From Glycera tridactyla (taxonomy: Eukaryota): 64,000 nucleotides of DNA. The stretch covers positions 80,662,001 through 80,726,000 of the forward strand of contig OZ286472.1 of NCBI GenBank assembly GCA_965644265.1, written 5' to 3'. Of this stretch, positions 51,275 to 63,889 are shown in pieces. The notes under the pieces were generated by a model that was not told the DNA's origin, searched no databases, and saw only the letters and a list, made by a program, of their open reading frames with translations. Position 1 is the first letter of the stretch, and the number at the start of each line of letters is the position of its first letter. The translations under genes and the position numbers were made by a program.

Positions 51275-51349
51275 AGCGTTTTCTTTGTTGTTCTGATTTT
51301 TGGGCGGCACAGGAGGGGCACGAGGCCGCACATTTGGACGCTGCTGTTT
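51275..51349 (-). CDS. GckIII: Putative GCKIII linker exon (75 nt, phase 0-0): KQQRPNVRPRAPPVPPKNQNNKENA
   Basis: Long pyrimidine tract then gtgtag| acceptor, GCT|gtaagt donor; PPVPPK motif. Confidence 0.8.
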
Positions 51350-51429
51350 CTACACAATTTGAAAAAGACAAAACATAGCAGAGAACATGATGAGCCAGAG
51401 CAAACATTGGGAGGTTCACTTGTCAACTT

Positions 51430-51700
51430 CACTCCTGTCTTTCATCAAGAATAACACACTCCATGTACTGAAAGATGCACAAAGATTCGGACTTCATCCA
51501 CATTTTGAACCAGTTATAAGGATTGTGATACAAGACTAGTCTCGGGCAGAGATGGCCGCTCACTATCCAGTATCTGCTCACACAAGCATCCATCCTCAAG
51601 TAAGAGCCTATCCCAACATTTTGTCGATGGTTCAGACCTTGCATGACCAAGAAAGGACATGGCTTTGTTGATGATGATAGGGCATGGTCTTGGCCTGGAA
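51430..51700 (-). mobile_element. Possible decayed Penelope-like GIY-YIG endonuclease C-terminal fragment
   Basis: SGHL..LVLYHNPYNWFKMWMKSESLCI resembles the GH..KIL..ExNWFKRKxKEAIYI motif; next to the hammerhead-bearing palindrome. Confidence 0.35.
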
Positions 51701-51897
51701 TCAAGATAGGACCAACTCTTCATCAGCCAGGGGTTTTCTTTGAGGAAGTATCATGATTCCATGTTCTGAATTACTTTGTCAGCCCCAAATATGAGATCCG
51801 CATGGTACTTTCCATCATCCATGCATATGTGAATCTATCAAACAATCCCATGATATCAGACTCAGCGAATCGTTTCATCAGGGTGGAAATAGAACGA

Positions 51898-52198
51898 TGA
51901 TTAATGTAGATCTCTTCTCACAACCGAAGTGATAGCCTTCGTGTTTGTTGCCATTTCCGCCGTCATCAGAGCTGGTTCCCGCTAGGTGGTGTCACAGGGT
52001 CAAGGCTGGACATGGAAGAGTACACCCTCCATGAACCAGGACGAGGGGGCGTACAACCTGAGTCACATGTGGACCAGCCTTGACCCTGTGACACCAACTA
52101 GCAAGGACTAGTTCTGATGATGGCTGCCGATGACAGCCGAAACATCACTAAACAGTAAGCGATTACCTTGGTTGTGAGGAGAGACCTTGCACTGTTCA
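51898..52198. mobile_element. Palindromic element with the best-preserved hammerhead-like core (CTGATGA-T-GGCTG-ccgatga-CAGCC-GAAAC-ATC at 52114-52146)
   Basis: Inner arms 27/28 identical as inverted repeats (51982-52009 versus 52074-52101); homologous to 32351-32624. Confidence 0.7.
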
Positions 52199-53455
52199 TA
52201 GATGTCTGGCTCATACACGTGATGAGTGATGAAAGGTCTGTACTGCAACATCTTGTTCCCCCCCCCCCCCCCCCCCTCCCTCAACCTCCCCCAATACCGC
52301 TGGAACAAATACTTCAGTGCCTGCGCTGCACCGAGCAGCACTCCCAGCTGTCAAATATTTATGCTTACTCTCACAAACTTCGCAACAAAATGAAAAAAAA
52401 AACACACACACCCCAAATACAGTATCCTCAGGCAAAGACAAGCAATATCTTAATTTCAAGACATCACGGGTGGTTGAGTGAAATGGATTAACTACCTGCT
52501 ACCTAGCCACTAGACTTAAGTAGACATGCTGGGGGTGAGAGCTGGGTGGGGTCGGGGTGGCGTGGGGCATGGGCTGGGGTGCTCTATCTACCAAGCTGAA
52601 TCAATCACTTATACACTTGTGCAAACTCTGAGCATGTATTTCCCATACAAGGACTGTGATTCCAACCAACACATACTCCATCCTACAAGTATACTCGTCA
52701 ACGTGGGCAAACACAGGGCACTCCCGACAAGAAACTCAGAGAACTCATGATAGGAAACTCATGATGCAGTCAATCCTTGTGTGCTGTTTGGGACTTGGAA
52801 GAGATAAAGTGCATGGAGAAGATGACACCACAACTTCATTTCCAAGTACACTCACAGATCAGTTGGATCTCATTGCCCACCTTCAACTCTTCCAGATTCT
52901 ATTTTTGCGGCCATTTTATTACAGAGGAAAAGTACAAGTTGATCTGTGAATTGTGTGGAGAGTTTCCATTTGTCATGTGAATGAGTGAAGCACATATTTG
53001 ATCTCATACTTGCCATGGACTTTGAGAGAGAATCTGGATGAACTTTGATAGATTCCCAATATTCTACTTAACTCAGAATACTGTCAACTTATTACTTGAT
53101 ATGAGAAGTATGCATTCAGAGATGTGATTTGCTCATAAAAACCTGCAAGCCAGCCAAAGGCGCTTTCCAGCAAGATTTTGTGAACCAAAAAAAACCGAAA
53201 AACTGCTTAGAATGGCTACAATGACTCCATACAAAGTCAGTGCTCAATTTTCAATGATTCTGGTCCAATCTTCATGATCTAAAAGCCAAAATAGTCAGCA
53301 CAAAATATCTTTTCCTGTCAGGTTGGAATTGTAATAAGAAACATGAAGAATCACATCCCTGATACATTTCATTTGCTGGAAGTGTTTCAGATCATTCTGG
53401 GAGAATGTGAGAGCATGATCAGTTCAGACGTCATGGCCAGAGTGTGTAAACTGAC

Positions 53456-53627
53456 CTCGTAAAGTTCCTTGTAGTTGGGCGGCTCGCCATTCTGCATCCG
53501 TTTCTTGTTATCCTCCACCTCGATCTCACCCATCCGCTGCGCTAACCGCATCACTCCCGCTCCTCGTACCGTCTCAAAGTCAAACTTGAAGGCTTTCGTC
53601 GAGTCATCATCATTGTCATCGTTATCT
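53456..53627 (-). CDS. GckIII: GCKIII post-kinase exon (172 nt, phase 2-0): DNDDNDDDSTKAFKFDFETVRGAGVMRLAQRMGEIEVEDNKKRMQNGEPPNYKELYE
   Basis: tgatctttcag| acceptor, GAG|gtcagt donor; acidic stretch then FxFxTVR, equivalent to WIFTxR in STK24/25/26; phases fit. Confidence 0.85.
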
Positions 53628-53739
53628 CTGAAAGATCAATCATCAGTTGGAAATGAAGGATCAGCAGCTCACATGAATCCACACCGGTGGCCAGTGCAGG
53701 AAATCTGAATAATCACATATGACAAGAAGCTATCACAGC

Positions 53740-53985
53740 CAGAGTATCCCTTCACATGGGCGATAATTTGCATGTGAAATCCAACAAAGGGCACAAACTC
53801 TTCCAAAATTATTCAATTGCAAAACCCTGACAATATGCCCTTCACCACTTGGTGATAATCATTCTGCAAAAGTTTAGTGAAAATTGAAGAGTTGCGCAGC
53901 CAGAAAGTGTGACAGACAGACGATGGACTGATGGACGCCTACCATTTCTATATCCTCTCACATTTCAGCGGGGGATGAAAAACGG
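53740..53985 (+). mobile_element. Helentron-associated (HINE/DINE-like) non-autonomous element end
   Basis: gacagacagacgatggactgatggacg microsatellite, then ccatttctatatcc..gcggggat hairpin and an A-run. Confidence 0.45.
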
Positions 53986-54482
53986 CATTGCAAAGAACAA
54001 TGTCTCGGGATTATAAGAATTATGACATCAAGGGCTGAAAATGAGTGCTTTCTTGGGTTAGGTAAGAACAATGTGTGAGGTCATCTGCCATTTGCTGAAT
54101 TTGTTTGATGCCATTTTCCTTTAATCCTTGCTTTATGGTAATGGATAAGTCAAGGCGAACAGATGTCAAAGGGATCCACCCGAGTTTCTATATGTTTTGA
54201 CAGTACTTTACCTATCTGTTGTCTTAGTTGCTCAATCAGTCAAGAGAAGGATGTGTTGGTGAAATTTTTCTTCATTGATCTTTTCACATACTGTATTTAA
54301 TGGAGTTTCTTGCATCTGTTTCGATCCACATCCTCAACTGCACCCAGCAAATGATTTTGATGGAAGAAAAGTTGCAAATTTCTGATCAAATGGGTTTCAG
54401 TTTATCAGCCTAGATATTGTTTCACATGTGATCTCAGTCAGTGTTGGTTTGCTGCTGAGGAGCGCTGATCGCCGGTACTCAC

Positions 54483-54625
54483 ATATCACTGTCGCTGCTG
54501 TCATCATCGTTCGAACCTCCCGAAGCTTTCCACGTTCGATATCGCTCAATCAAATCTGTCAAATAACTGGTCTTTTTCGCTCGTCGAATAAATGGCTCTT
54601 TTAACAATTCTTTTGCTGTTGGTCT
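54483..54625 (-). CDS. GckIII: GCKIII kinase subdomain XI and end of the kinase domain (143 nt, phase 0-2): RPTAKELLKEPFIRRAKKTSYLTDLIERYRTWKASGGSNDDDSSDSD
   Basis: ttttcag| acceptor, AT|gtgagt donor; RPTAKELLK..KKTSYLTxLIxRY motif of STK24/25/26. Confidence 0.96.
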
Positions 54626-55417
54626 CTGAAAAAGGCAAAACGACAAATAGAGTGAGGGATAGAGGCTGAATGTTATCATACAATTTGATGATGGGATTGA
54701 AGACTAATATACGTGACCACTTGCAGAGTGAATAGGTCCTGCTGGCCCATGAACCAGAAATATCATAGGCCAGAGCTCTTGATGAAGGGCCGCCTCCTAT
54801 CCACAAGGACAGAAAAGCGGGGCTCGATAGGGGCCAACAACCTGGACCAACCAGCAATCTGAAGCTCTTCACTTGTTCATTGAATGAATCAATTAGCGAG
54901 TCTCACCTCTCGCAGCCAATGCCTAGAGGGCCATTGCTAATCTTCAATCCTGCCCGGCACCTATACTGGAAAAGGCATCCTACTTGTGTTCTTTCAAGTG
55001 TTCCAATGGTTGGGTATCACAGGGATGTGATTGGCTTACAACCAAAACCCCTCAAAACCTGGCCGTAGGCACTTCTTACCAAGATGTTGTGTTCGTAGAA
55101 ACCCTCACAACTGCTATCTCAAGGCTACTATGACTGCATTGAAACTCTATGCTCTATCTCTACTAATTCTGCTCCGATTTTCATGATCTAAAATCCAAAA
55201 TAATCAGCACAGAAATTTCTTCTCTGTGAATGAAAACCCGCAGAACAATCACATCCTTGGTGTTAACATAATCAGCAGACCAGTCACTTCCAAAATGTGC
55301 GATTCATTTGGCCAACTCTTTGACAGAGGTTGTCAGCCCATAGAATTAATACGCAAGCAACCAGCAGTCAAGAACCAAGTAGTGCAAGGGAAGACAAAAT
55401 ATAGGTTTAATACTTAC

Positions 55418-55603
55418 ATTTTCTGGTTCTTTATTTAAACAAAGTTCAACAAATTTTTTGAAGGCGTGACTGTAGTTGCCCTGCAACTGTGGCGGGTTGT
55501 TTTTGGGGATGAGGAAGAGTACTCGCATGGGATGTAGGTCTGAGTTGGGAGGCTCGCCCTTGGCTAACTCGATCGCCGTCACTCCTAAACTCCAGATATC
55601 AGC
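55418..55603 (-). CDS. GckIII: GCKIII kinase subdomains IX-X (186 nt, phase 0-0): [62 protein letters not shown]
   Basis: cttgcag| acceptor, AAT|gtaagt donor; near-identical to STK24/25/26. Confidence 0.97.
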
Positions 55604-57727
55604 CTGCAAGTAACACATTACATCATCAATGTCTCAATCAAACACAATGCATCTACACCACATATGTATTTTTTTATGACACATGGCAAAGACGACTTAT
55701 GTCTCCTGTGGTAACACTCGGAATGACAGTTTTGTTTGCAACCAACGCTGGTGACATCACATGTAAAATGCACATTATAGCTATGGCTACGACGCCCACT
55801 TAAGGCTTGAAGCCTCTAACATTACAGGTACAACGTACTTGCTTGCCCACTAAAGGCGTGAGGCTATTTTACGATGGTTCCAATTGGATACAGAGTATTT
55901 ATATTGCTTTACATATGAGACGATGTACCCAGCTTCTACATTGATGTATAGCATGAATGTAGATGCGTTTTCTTTCAAGCAAATTCAACTTGTGTCTGAA
56001 AAAACAATGTTGGAGATATACTGAAGCAGGGAGAACCTAGTTGAAAGCTACTTGCATTTTGGTCAAGAAAAACCGTGATTATGGGCTCAATGTAAATTTG
56101 GGCTCACTATAAATAAGGGATGAACTCAACATATTGACCTTCAGTCTGAATGCTGTTGAGTGGTGAATTTCTGTTGAGTGGTGAATTTCTGTTGAGTGGT
56201 GAATTTGACAGACTGTGAAAGAGGTTTTAGCCAATGTTGGGATGGAATGGCTGAAGCTGATACTAGGAGGTTTATTGACATAAACCGATGTAGCGACTTG
56301 CTACACACAGCTGTCATGAATGCCTCACAATAATCCGCCTCCACAAACATTCATCATGTACACCGTTTTTCTCTGAAGCTCCAAAATACACCTTTCTTCT
56401 TGAATGTGCAATGGGCGGCGGGATCCTCTGACATTCATATATGGTAAATTATGATTCACCAAAACTGGCTTCCATTAATCAATAAATTCTGAGTTGAATA
56501 AAATAAACATATTGCGACTAACACCTTTTCGGTATTTTTTCAGAAGTGTATCAGTCTGCCTTTTATGATACACAGTTCTAGACAGCTAACATTGACATGT
56601 TTGATTCTGAATGACATATGGTTCACAAATCTCTGGACTTCATGATATAAACAAACTAAAATATGTACAACTATTGGCATATCAAATATAACTGACTTGA
56701 AGCTCATATTTAAATCTGGAAGCTATTCTTTGAGATAAATCAAATTCTGGAAAAGAGGAAATGCAGTGGGTTCTGTGAAAATACATTCACTGCTGGAGCC
56801 ATATGGGAGATAAGGAATAAGTGAAAAGGAAGCCAGGCCTCATCTTGAGAGCAAAATATCTTTCGTTTCTTTGGAAATCAAGTAATATCGAATAAGGGAA
56901 TTGGCCACAGTAGTGATTGGCCACAGGAGATTCGATTTGTTGACACCAGGTGACAGCTTCTACAAGCAAGGTCGGAAGTGCCATCTTGTGTCAACTTGAA
57001 AACAGAACACTCAGCTCCACCCTAGATCAGGCATCCTCAACTAGAAGCCCAATATTCATGTTCATCTAATCAATAAGAGATGATCCAATTTCATCGAAAT
57101 TAGGTGATACTTGCATGAATTCCACATTTAATTTGATTGAATCCAGCCCATGATTTGGCTACTCCTATTCTGCAAAACATGGGAATGTCTGGGAGATTAC
57201 TGTCATCCAAAACATCTCAGGACATCCTCAACAACCTCCCATACAAACAACAAAGTCATTATTTATTTATTAAAGTTAGCTAAATTGAAAAAACTACCAT
57301 CATCTCACAAATTAGCATCCTGGGCACAATTATGTGATATCTTTACTAATTCAAGACAGTCAGACATAAAAATTCCTTCTCACACAGCCTGTCCTGTTGG
57401 AAGGGTTGCCTGGCAGGTTTTCAAGTTGCTACATGCCATGATATGAGCCCCAGTTTGTTAGATGACACTAATTAGTGAGATGATGTATAGCAAATAGCCA
57501 CAGAAAGCAGTTTTTGATGCTGTCAAGTCTACTCTGGTTACGCTGACCAGTTAGTAGCAGTTACATCCAGCAGTCAAATACTGCTCACATCAAACACCCA
57601 CTAGTTGAGCTGTCTACAATGTATGGTAAGATCTACATGCACCCCGCACTGCTAACAAGCAAAGGCTATCACAAGTGCAATATTACAAGAGTCAGGACAA
57701 CAGTGGCAACCAGCATATTACAGTAAA

Positions 57728-57994
57728 TGACAACAATGATGATGATGTTGACAACAACAACAGCAACAACAACAACAACAACAACAACAATAATGCTGAT
57801 GATAATGAAAAAAATAATGCTGCTGCTTCTGCTGCTGCTGCTTCTGCTGCTGCTGCTGCTGCTGATGATGATGATGGTAGTAAGGAGACATGCAGTTGAA
57901 AGTTAAGGACAAGTTGTTCAGCAGTTCCTGAGATAACAACAGACTGACAAAGTGGAGATGGAAGGAATCTGCAGACCCGGAAACAGCTATGACT

Positions 57995-58040
<46 letters not shown>

Positions 58041-58065
58041 GAATTACAGCAACAGCAATGGTGTA
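57728..58065. repeat. Compound trinucleotide microsatellites (AAC)n, (GCT)n, (GAT)n and a second (AAC)n block
   Basis: Direct reading; intronic. Confidence 0.9.
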
Positions 58066-58579
58066 TGTGGATAATAGATGTATAGAAGTCTCCAATAGAT
58101 GGAATGATAGAAGCATGGGGAGACCACTTGTGTATCGACTGCTCCAGGAATCAGGTGGCACCGCAAGATGCCAGACAGGAAGCTACCAATTCTACCAATA
58201 CACATACCTCTTGTTCTCAATTCTCATAAATCAAGAGGTCCATACGACCTGTGACCTGGCCACAGTGCATCTAGCCGGGTCATCGCTATGGTAACTCCTG
58301 ACCCTTCTCTAACCTAGACAAGTTCAGCGAACCATCTGTGACCATGTCAGTGACGCAGATTCTCCTGTTGACAATGACGCAGCGGCAGTAAAGAACAACC
58401 ATAACTAAACGATCAGACAGAAGTCCCATTGATATTCACCAAACCCATCAACTTTGTGCCATTCCTCCAGGGGAATTGAGTGATTTTGTACTTGCCTGAT
58501 CACTGATCACAGATTTTTTTTCATTTTTAATTTCATGCATCAAAGTGGCATCATCATATCAGTCTGGCTCTTGCAAATC

Positions 58580-58762
58580 TTGATTGATTGATTGATTGCA
58601 GTTCAACGGCATGTATCAACCCAAAGGTTTATCTATGCCATGTTTTTCTGGTTAATGAGATGATGTTCTGTCCCCTGCAGGTATCACTTACACTAACCCT
58701 AAACACAAGATGATGGGGAACCAGAAAGGTTGTCAAGTGGAAGTAGCTGACAGTTCAGACAT
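58580..58762 (-). mobile_element. Interspersed repeat family A, truncated copy
   Basis: (GATT)n on + then acaagatgatggggaaccagaaaggttgtcaagtggaagtagctgacagttcagac. Confidence 0.72.
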
Positions 58763-59713
58763 GGACATGATCAATTTCCCCCACCAGCCCTTGTGACCAC
58801 ATATATCTTCCTCCTGTTGCTTGCTGTATAAACTCAAGAAGGACCAAGCAGAAGGAATTTTCAACAAAACTTTCAATTGCACCAAGGCAGGCATGAATGA
58901 AGAACACAAAATAAACCAACATTGGCATATTGAGATCCCAAATCAAGCAAGAAGCACACCAACACGACGATGACACTCAGTTTGAGAACCAGGCAGAAAC
59001 ATGCAGAAAACACACCGGCGTGAAACACACTGATCCAGGGATCGAATCATGCAACTGGACCAAATCATGGAACTGGACAAACCAAACTATATCGAGGGAT
59101 GAATTGTGTTTTACATGCTAGTTTGTGGTTCATGGCAGCTTCACGAACTATAATGAGATTCCCATGCAATGGGCATGGGGAAGGTTCATTGTGCATTGCT
59201 CCTTCTGGATGCCCAATAAGAGGTGGCCATGTCTAGAAGCCTAAGATCCCTCATGGTCACTTCTATATCGGAGGGAAAGACCCCAACCTAGGACAGTGTT
59301 GCACTCATTGTGTACTTGTGTTAATTTGCTGGTACACACACTGTAGTCAGCCAGTCAGCAGTTAATAACAGCCGACTAAACCACATTCTGACATCACAAT
59401 GCCCATTTCACTCCTTTTGTGAGCAACCTCCCAAACCTGAGGGGGATTGGGATCTTGTCAGCAATTTGATTAAGTAGAACCGTTAAAAGATATGACTGCT
59501 GTCTCCAGGCCTAGTCACGTTTACATCTGTGTACCCGTAACAGCCAGCATGGCCATGTTGATTCAGTGCTTCGCAATAACTAGTTAAGCTTTTTGCCAGA
59601 TATGAGGGAAAGACTGAATCCCACCATTGTTTGGAGTCAAGTAAGAAACAAGACATATCGTGAGATCAAATGAGCCCATTTGTTGATGAACTGACAATAG
59701 CAGCCATTGTTTC

Positions 59714-60921
59714 TAGGCCTTGAACGATCCGCCTATACACTTACGGATCAATTATTTTTCCTGTATTGGCCCGGTCACGATACACCCAAAAAATTCCATG
59801 ATACATCGTCATATTGTTTCAGTCTTCACGAAAAACTTTTTCAGCCACTCTCCCATTGGGAGAGCAGATTGGGAGAATCACTCTCCCGAAAACGAATTCA
59901 CTCTCCCGAATTTGTGCAAGTCCCACTAATATATATTTTCTTGAGGTTAGTTCTTCAGAATCATACATGTGCAGGCAAATGCAAAGCCTACTCGCAGGGA
60001 CTAGGGATTATTGTTGGTGTAATCAAAATTGTGGTGTTCTGTCTTCACAGAAAATCCACCACTCTCACATCAACTGAAAAATTTCCACTCTCCCATCGGG
60101 AGAGTGAGTAGGAAGTTTCACTCTCCCGAAGTCAAATTCACTCTCCCCGGGATTCGGGAGAGTGCTAAATTCGAAGACTGTTGTTTAACTGATGAAAAAC
60201 AGCAAGAAATACGAGAGCAGCTGTCACTTGATTTCTCCATGGATGTCAAGGCAATATTCGTCGTATTTTCAGAATTTATCAATCAAACTATCATGTTTGA
60301 AGTCCTTGGAAGGGAATGGCATACATATTTGAGCTCTGAAACAAATATTTCTTGTGTTTCGCGCTGAAAGGCAATCAGTGTGAAACGCACGTGGTGTTAT
60401 TCCGACGGGCGCCATCTTGATTTTTCAGTCACTTTTGGTTGCGACACATTTTTTTCACCTCACCATCACGAGAAGACTATACAATATATTGCTAAACCGT
60501 TTCTGCAGTATGCTGAGCAATGTTATCTGGATTCGTTTGATATGGGGATTTGTTCAGATATCACTTATATTCATTGTGTGGCGAAAGCACAAAGCTGTGA
60601 AGGTCTCGTTTTTTCAGCAAGTCTCTCAATTTCGCCCACTTCACATCACATATTTGCCCGCACGCAAATTTCATTTGAATGTGTCTTATCGAAAATCCGA
60701 GGTAGCCAGGTTCTTAGGCATCCTTCAATCTGCATGTGCGAATTTTTTGGTAAGTTCCTGTCAACCATTATAGCGAGTGTGGGGCACCAGGAAAGAGACG
60801 CTAATTTTTTGGTGTTTTTGCATCATACGTGTACTTGAGATATATTGTGGAGATAACATATCGTGAGCAGCGTATTGCGATACATATCGATTCGTATCCG
60901 TGGTAAAACGCTCAAGGCCTA
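59714..60921. mobile_element. hAT-type non-autonomous element with TAGGCCTTGA TIRs and perfect 8-bp TSD ATTGTTTC, carrying a nested insertion
   Basis: TSD at 59706-59713 and 60922-60929; TIR is a 10/10 match. Confidence 0.85.
59820..60180. mobile_element. Nested CAGTCTTC-TIR MITE with 6-bp TSD TTGTTT
   Basis: TSD at 59814-59819 and 60181-60186; homologous to 6868-7319. Confidence 0.8.
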
Positions 60922-61740
60922 ATTGTTTCACTAAGAATGCACTAGTAGCAGGCCAAATTATAAACCTTATAATCACATGCAATATTTCTTATATATTCCA
61001 CAGGCAATGATAGAACTATCAGGTAAAAGCTTCATATGCAGAGAAGAGTCTTGCAAAAGATCAAACCGAAGCAATAAAATACTAGGCAGAGAAACTTGGT
61101 GACAATCCACACAGGGCATATGAGAGATCACTAGTTCAGGTATCCTCATTGGGGCAAGATTCCAACAGCACAGCAACAAGAACGGCAACAATGGCAAACG
61201 AAACATCTGCTCTCAATACCTTCACTTCTCCCCTCATGTGACCTTATATGTTGCCGTCTACTTCATTCGACTATGAGTAGACTATGAGTAGTGATGCGCT
61301 CAGGGGGTTCTACATTCAGGAATGCCTCAACCAAGAATGATAATGTATACAGGGATGTAATTGGGTAACAATCTTCAAACCTGACTGGAAGTACTTTTCA
61401 CCAGTACTAACTAAAGGCTACTATAACTGCACACAATCTTTGTGCTCTATCTCCATTAATTCTGGTCCGATTTCCATGATCTGTATAGCCGTGTATAGCC
61501 CCATCAAAGCATTTCCAGCCTGACAGACTGCTGCACTCAACAAAATCATCAAAGCTCTTCCGGAGGGAAACACCTGGAAGATGGTTGCTTTCCTAGATAA
61601 GTTGATGTAATTGTTCTGGACCACTTCAGTACCCCTGATTATGAAATCGGAAGAGTAACAGTTCTATGAACTATCCCTCGAATCTGGTCCAGATTTTCAC
61701 GTCCAAGTTTCAACCATATTGTGAGAATCATAAACAGATA

Positions 61741-61890
61741 TTTGTTTGTTTGTTTGTTCGTTTAAGGCTTAATGGCATGTATTAACCCAGAGAATACATC
61801 ATGTGTACCTGGTGATCAGAAGCTAGATGTTCAGTCCCTTGTGGGCATCACTTACACACACCCTGAACACAAGATGATGGGGAACCTGAT
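61741..61890 (-). mobile_element. Interspersed repeat family A, truncated copy
   Basis: (GTTT)n on + then ctgaacacaagatgatggggaacc. Confidence 0.68.
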
Positions 61891-62030
61891 AAGTATCATC
61901 CCCTGATTTCATTGAGGCAAGAGAGTGTGCACATGAGGAGCCGAGTGTATGGAGGAGACCGTAGTGAACACAAGATGCAACACACAACGGAAACCATGGT
62001 GACGAGGGTGACGGGGAAGAATTCACCTCA

Positions 62031-62309
<279 letters not shown>

Positions 62310-62482
62310 TTAAATAAAGAGACCAGTCAAAACTGAACCCCCGCCGCCCTGCTGGGTCAGTCAACTGCCTACCAGAAATGTTAGTAGAGTGCTTCATACT
62401 GAAACAGAAAGGTGGTTAGCATTTAACAATTAGTTGGTTACGTGGGCAAGCCTTCCCGACCACAACGCCTGCCCACCAGTCA

Positions 62483-62716
<234 letters not shown>

Positions 62717-63889
62717 TTATCTCTCAAGTACGTATCAATTATGTGAACAGCTACAATCAAAATTCACACAACATATTGAACCATGTGAGGATTAGTAGGA
62801 TGATATGATTGACCTGAAAGGAAATAAAAGGTTAAAGAACAAGGAGAAAAAAGATCATTAATTATAAACTTGCCATTTGCAGGGTTGCATTCAGGATTTC
62901 CACAATGTGGGGCATAAGCCCTCCAAAGTTAGGGGAAAAGAGCAATTCTTCAAAAGATGTTCACAAAAATGCGTGCACACAATATGAAGTGAGGGCAACA
63001 CACTGAGTGATTTGGAGGGCATCTGGGCTCCTAATTACCTTGAAATGAGGCCTACACAAAACAAAATGGGTGAAATGCACCCATGCCCCCTCTGGATGCA
63101 AAACTGCATTTGTAGTCTTGCAATCTCATTGCAATGATTCAAACTGTTTGTGTATGAGGGGTTGCAATAGCCACTGATATTGACATATCCAGATTAATTG
63201 AAAATTGATGTAAAACAGGTGGGCCTTCAATGCACACAGGTTTGGATGCAGCTCAGAAGCAATGGGTTCAATAAGGCTGAACTCCCATCAGGCAACTACT
63301 GTATTAGACAATTTCTCAATTGGACAACCTCTTGGATTTTCCAAATGGGAGTATTTTTCACTAGACCTCACTGGAATCCAACCTCCACCTGTGCTGAGCC
63401 ACCACTTCTGCCTTCTGGAGGAGTGGATCTGTTCCTGGTGGGTAGGAACTTGGTTGAAGGTATTGGATAAGGAAAGGATTGTTCAGTTAATGGGAGCCAA
63501 AGTGCAATTCAAGTGAAGGCTGTTGACAAAGAACTGATATGCAAATCAAATTGTAGATGAGTAGTGGAAATTGGAGCTATGGTAGTTCAAGGAATTTCAT
63601 GACTGTTAATGAATTTCTGGATGTCAACATGTACTCAAGGAGTGGTCATCATGTTATACTGCTATCGAGTCCCTTAAGAGAGATAACAAATGAGATAAAC
63701 ATGGGAAATTTCAAACAGTGTGAGGACAAAGATGGAGGAATTTTACTTCCTCTTTTAATCTGGTGTCCTGGAGACATAGCCACCATATCTGAGTTACAGA
63801 TGGTTGGTTGAATCGTGAGAGAGCATTGACTGACTGCCTGGGACATGGTTAGTTTGTGTGAGATAATATAACAAGAACGTATGGTTATC

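Noticed and set aside
57718-58294. Poly-Q, poly-C, poly-T and poly-N ORFs
   Set aside because: Pure trinucleotide microsatellites without convincing flanking splice sites or phase fit.
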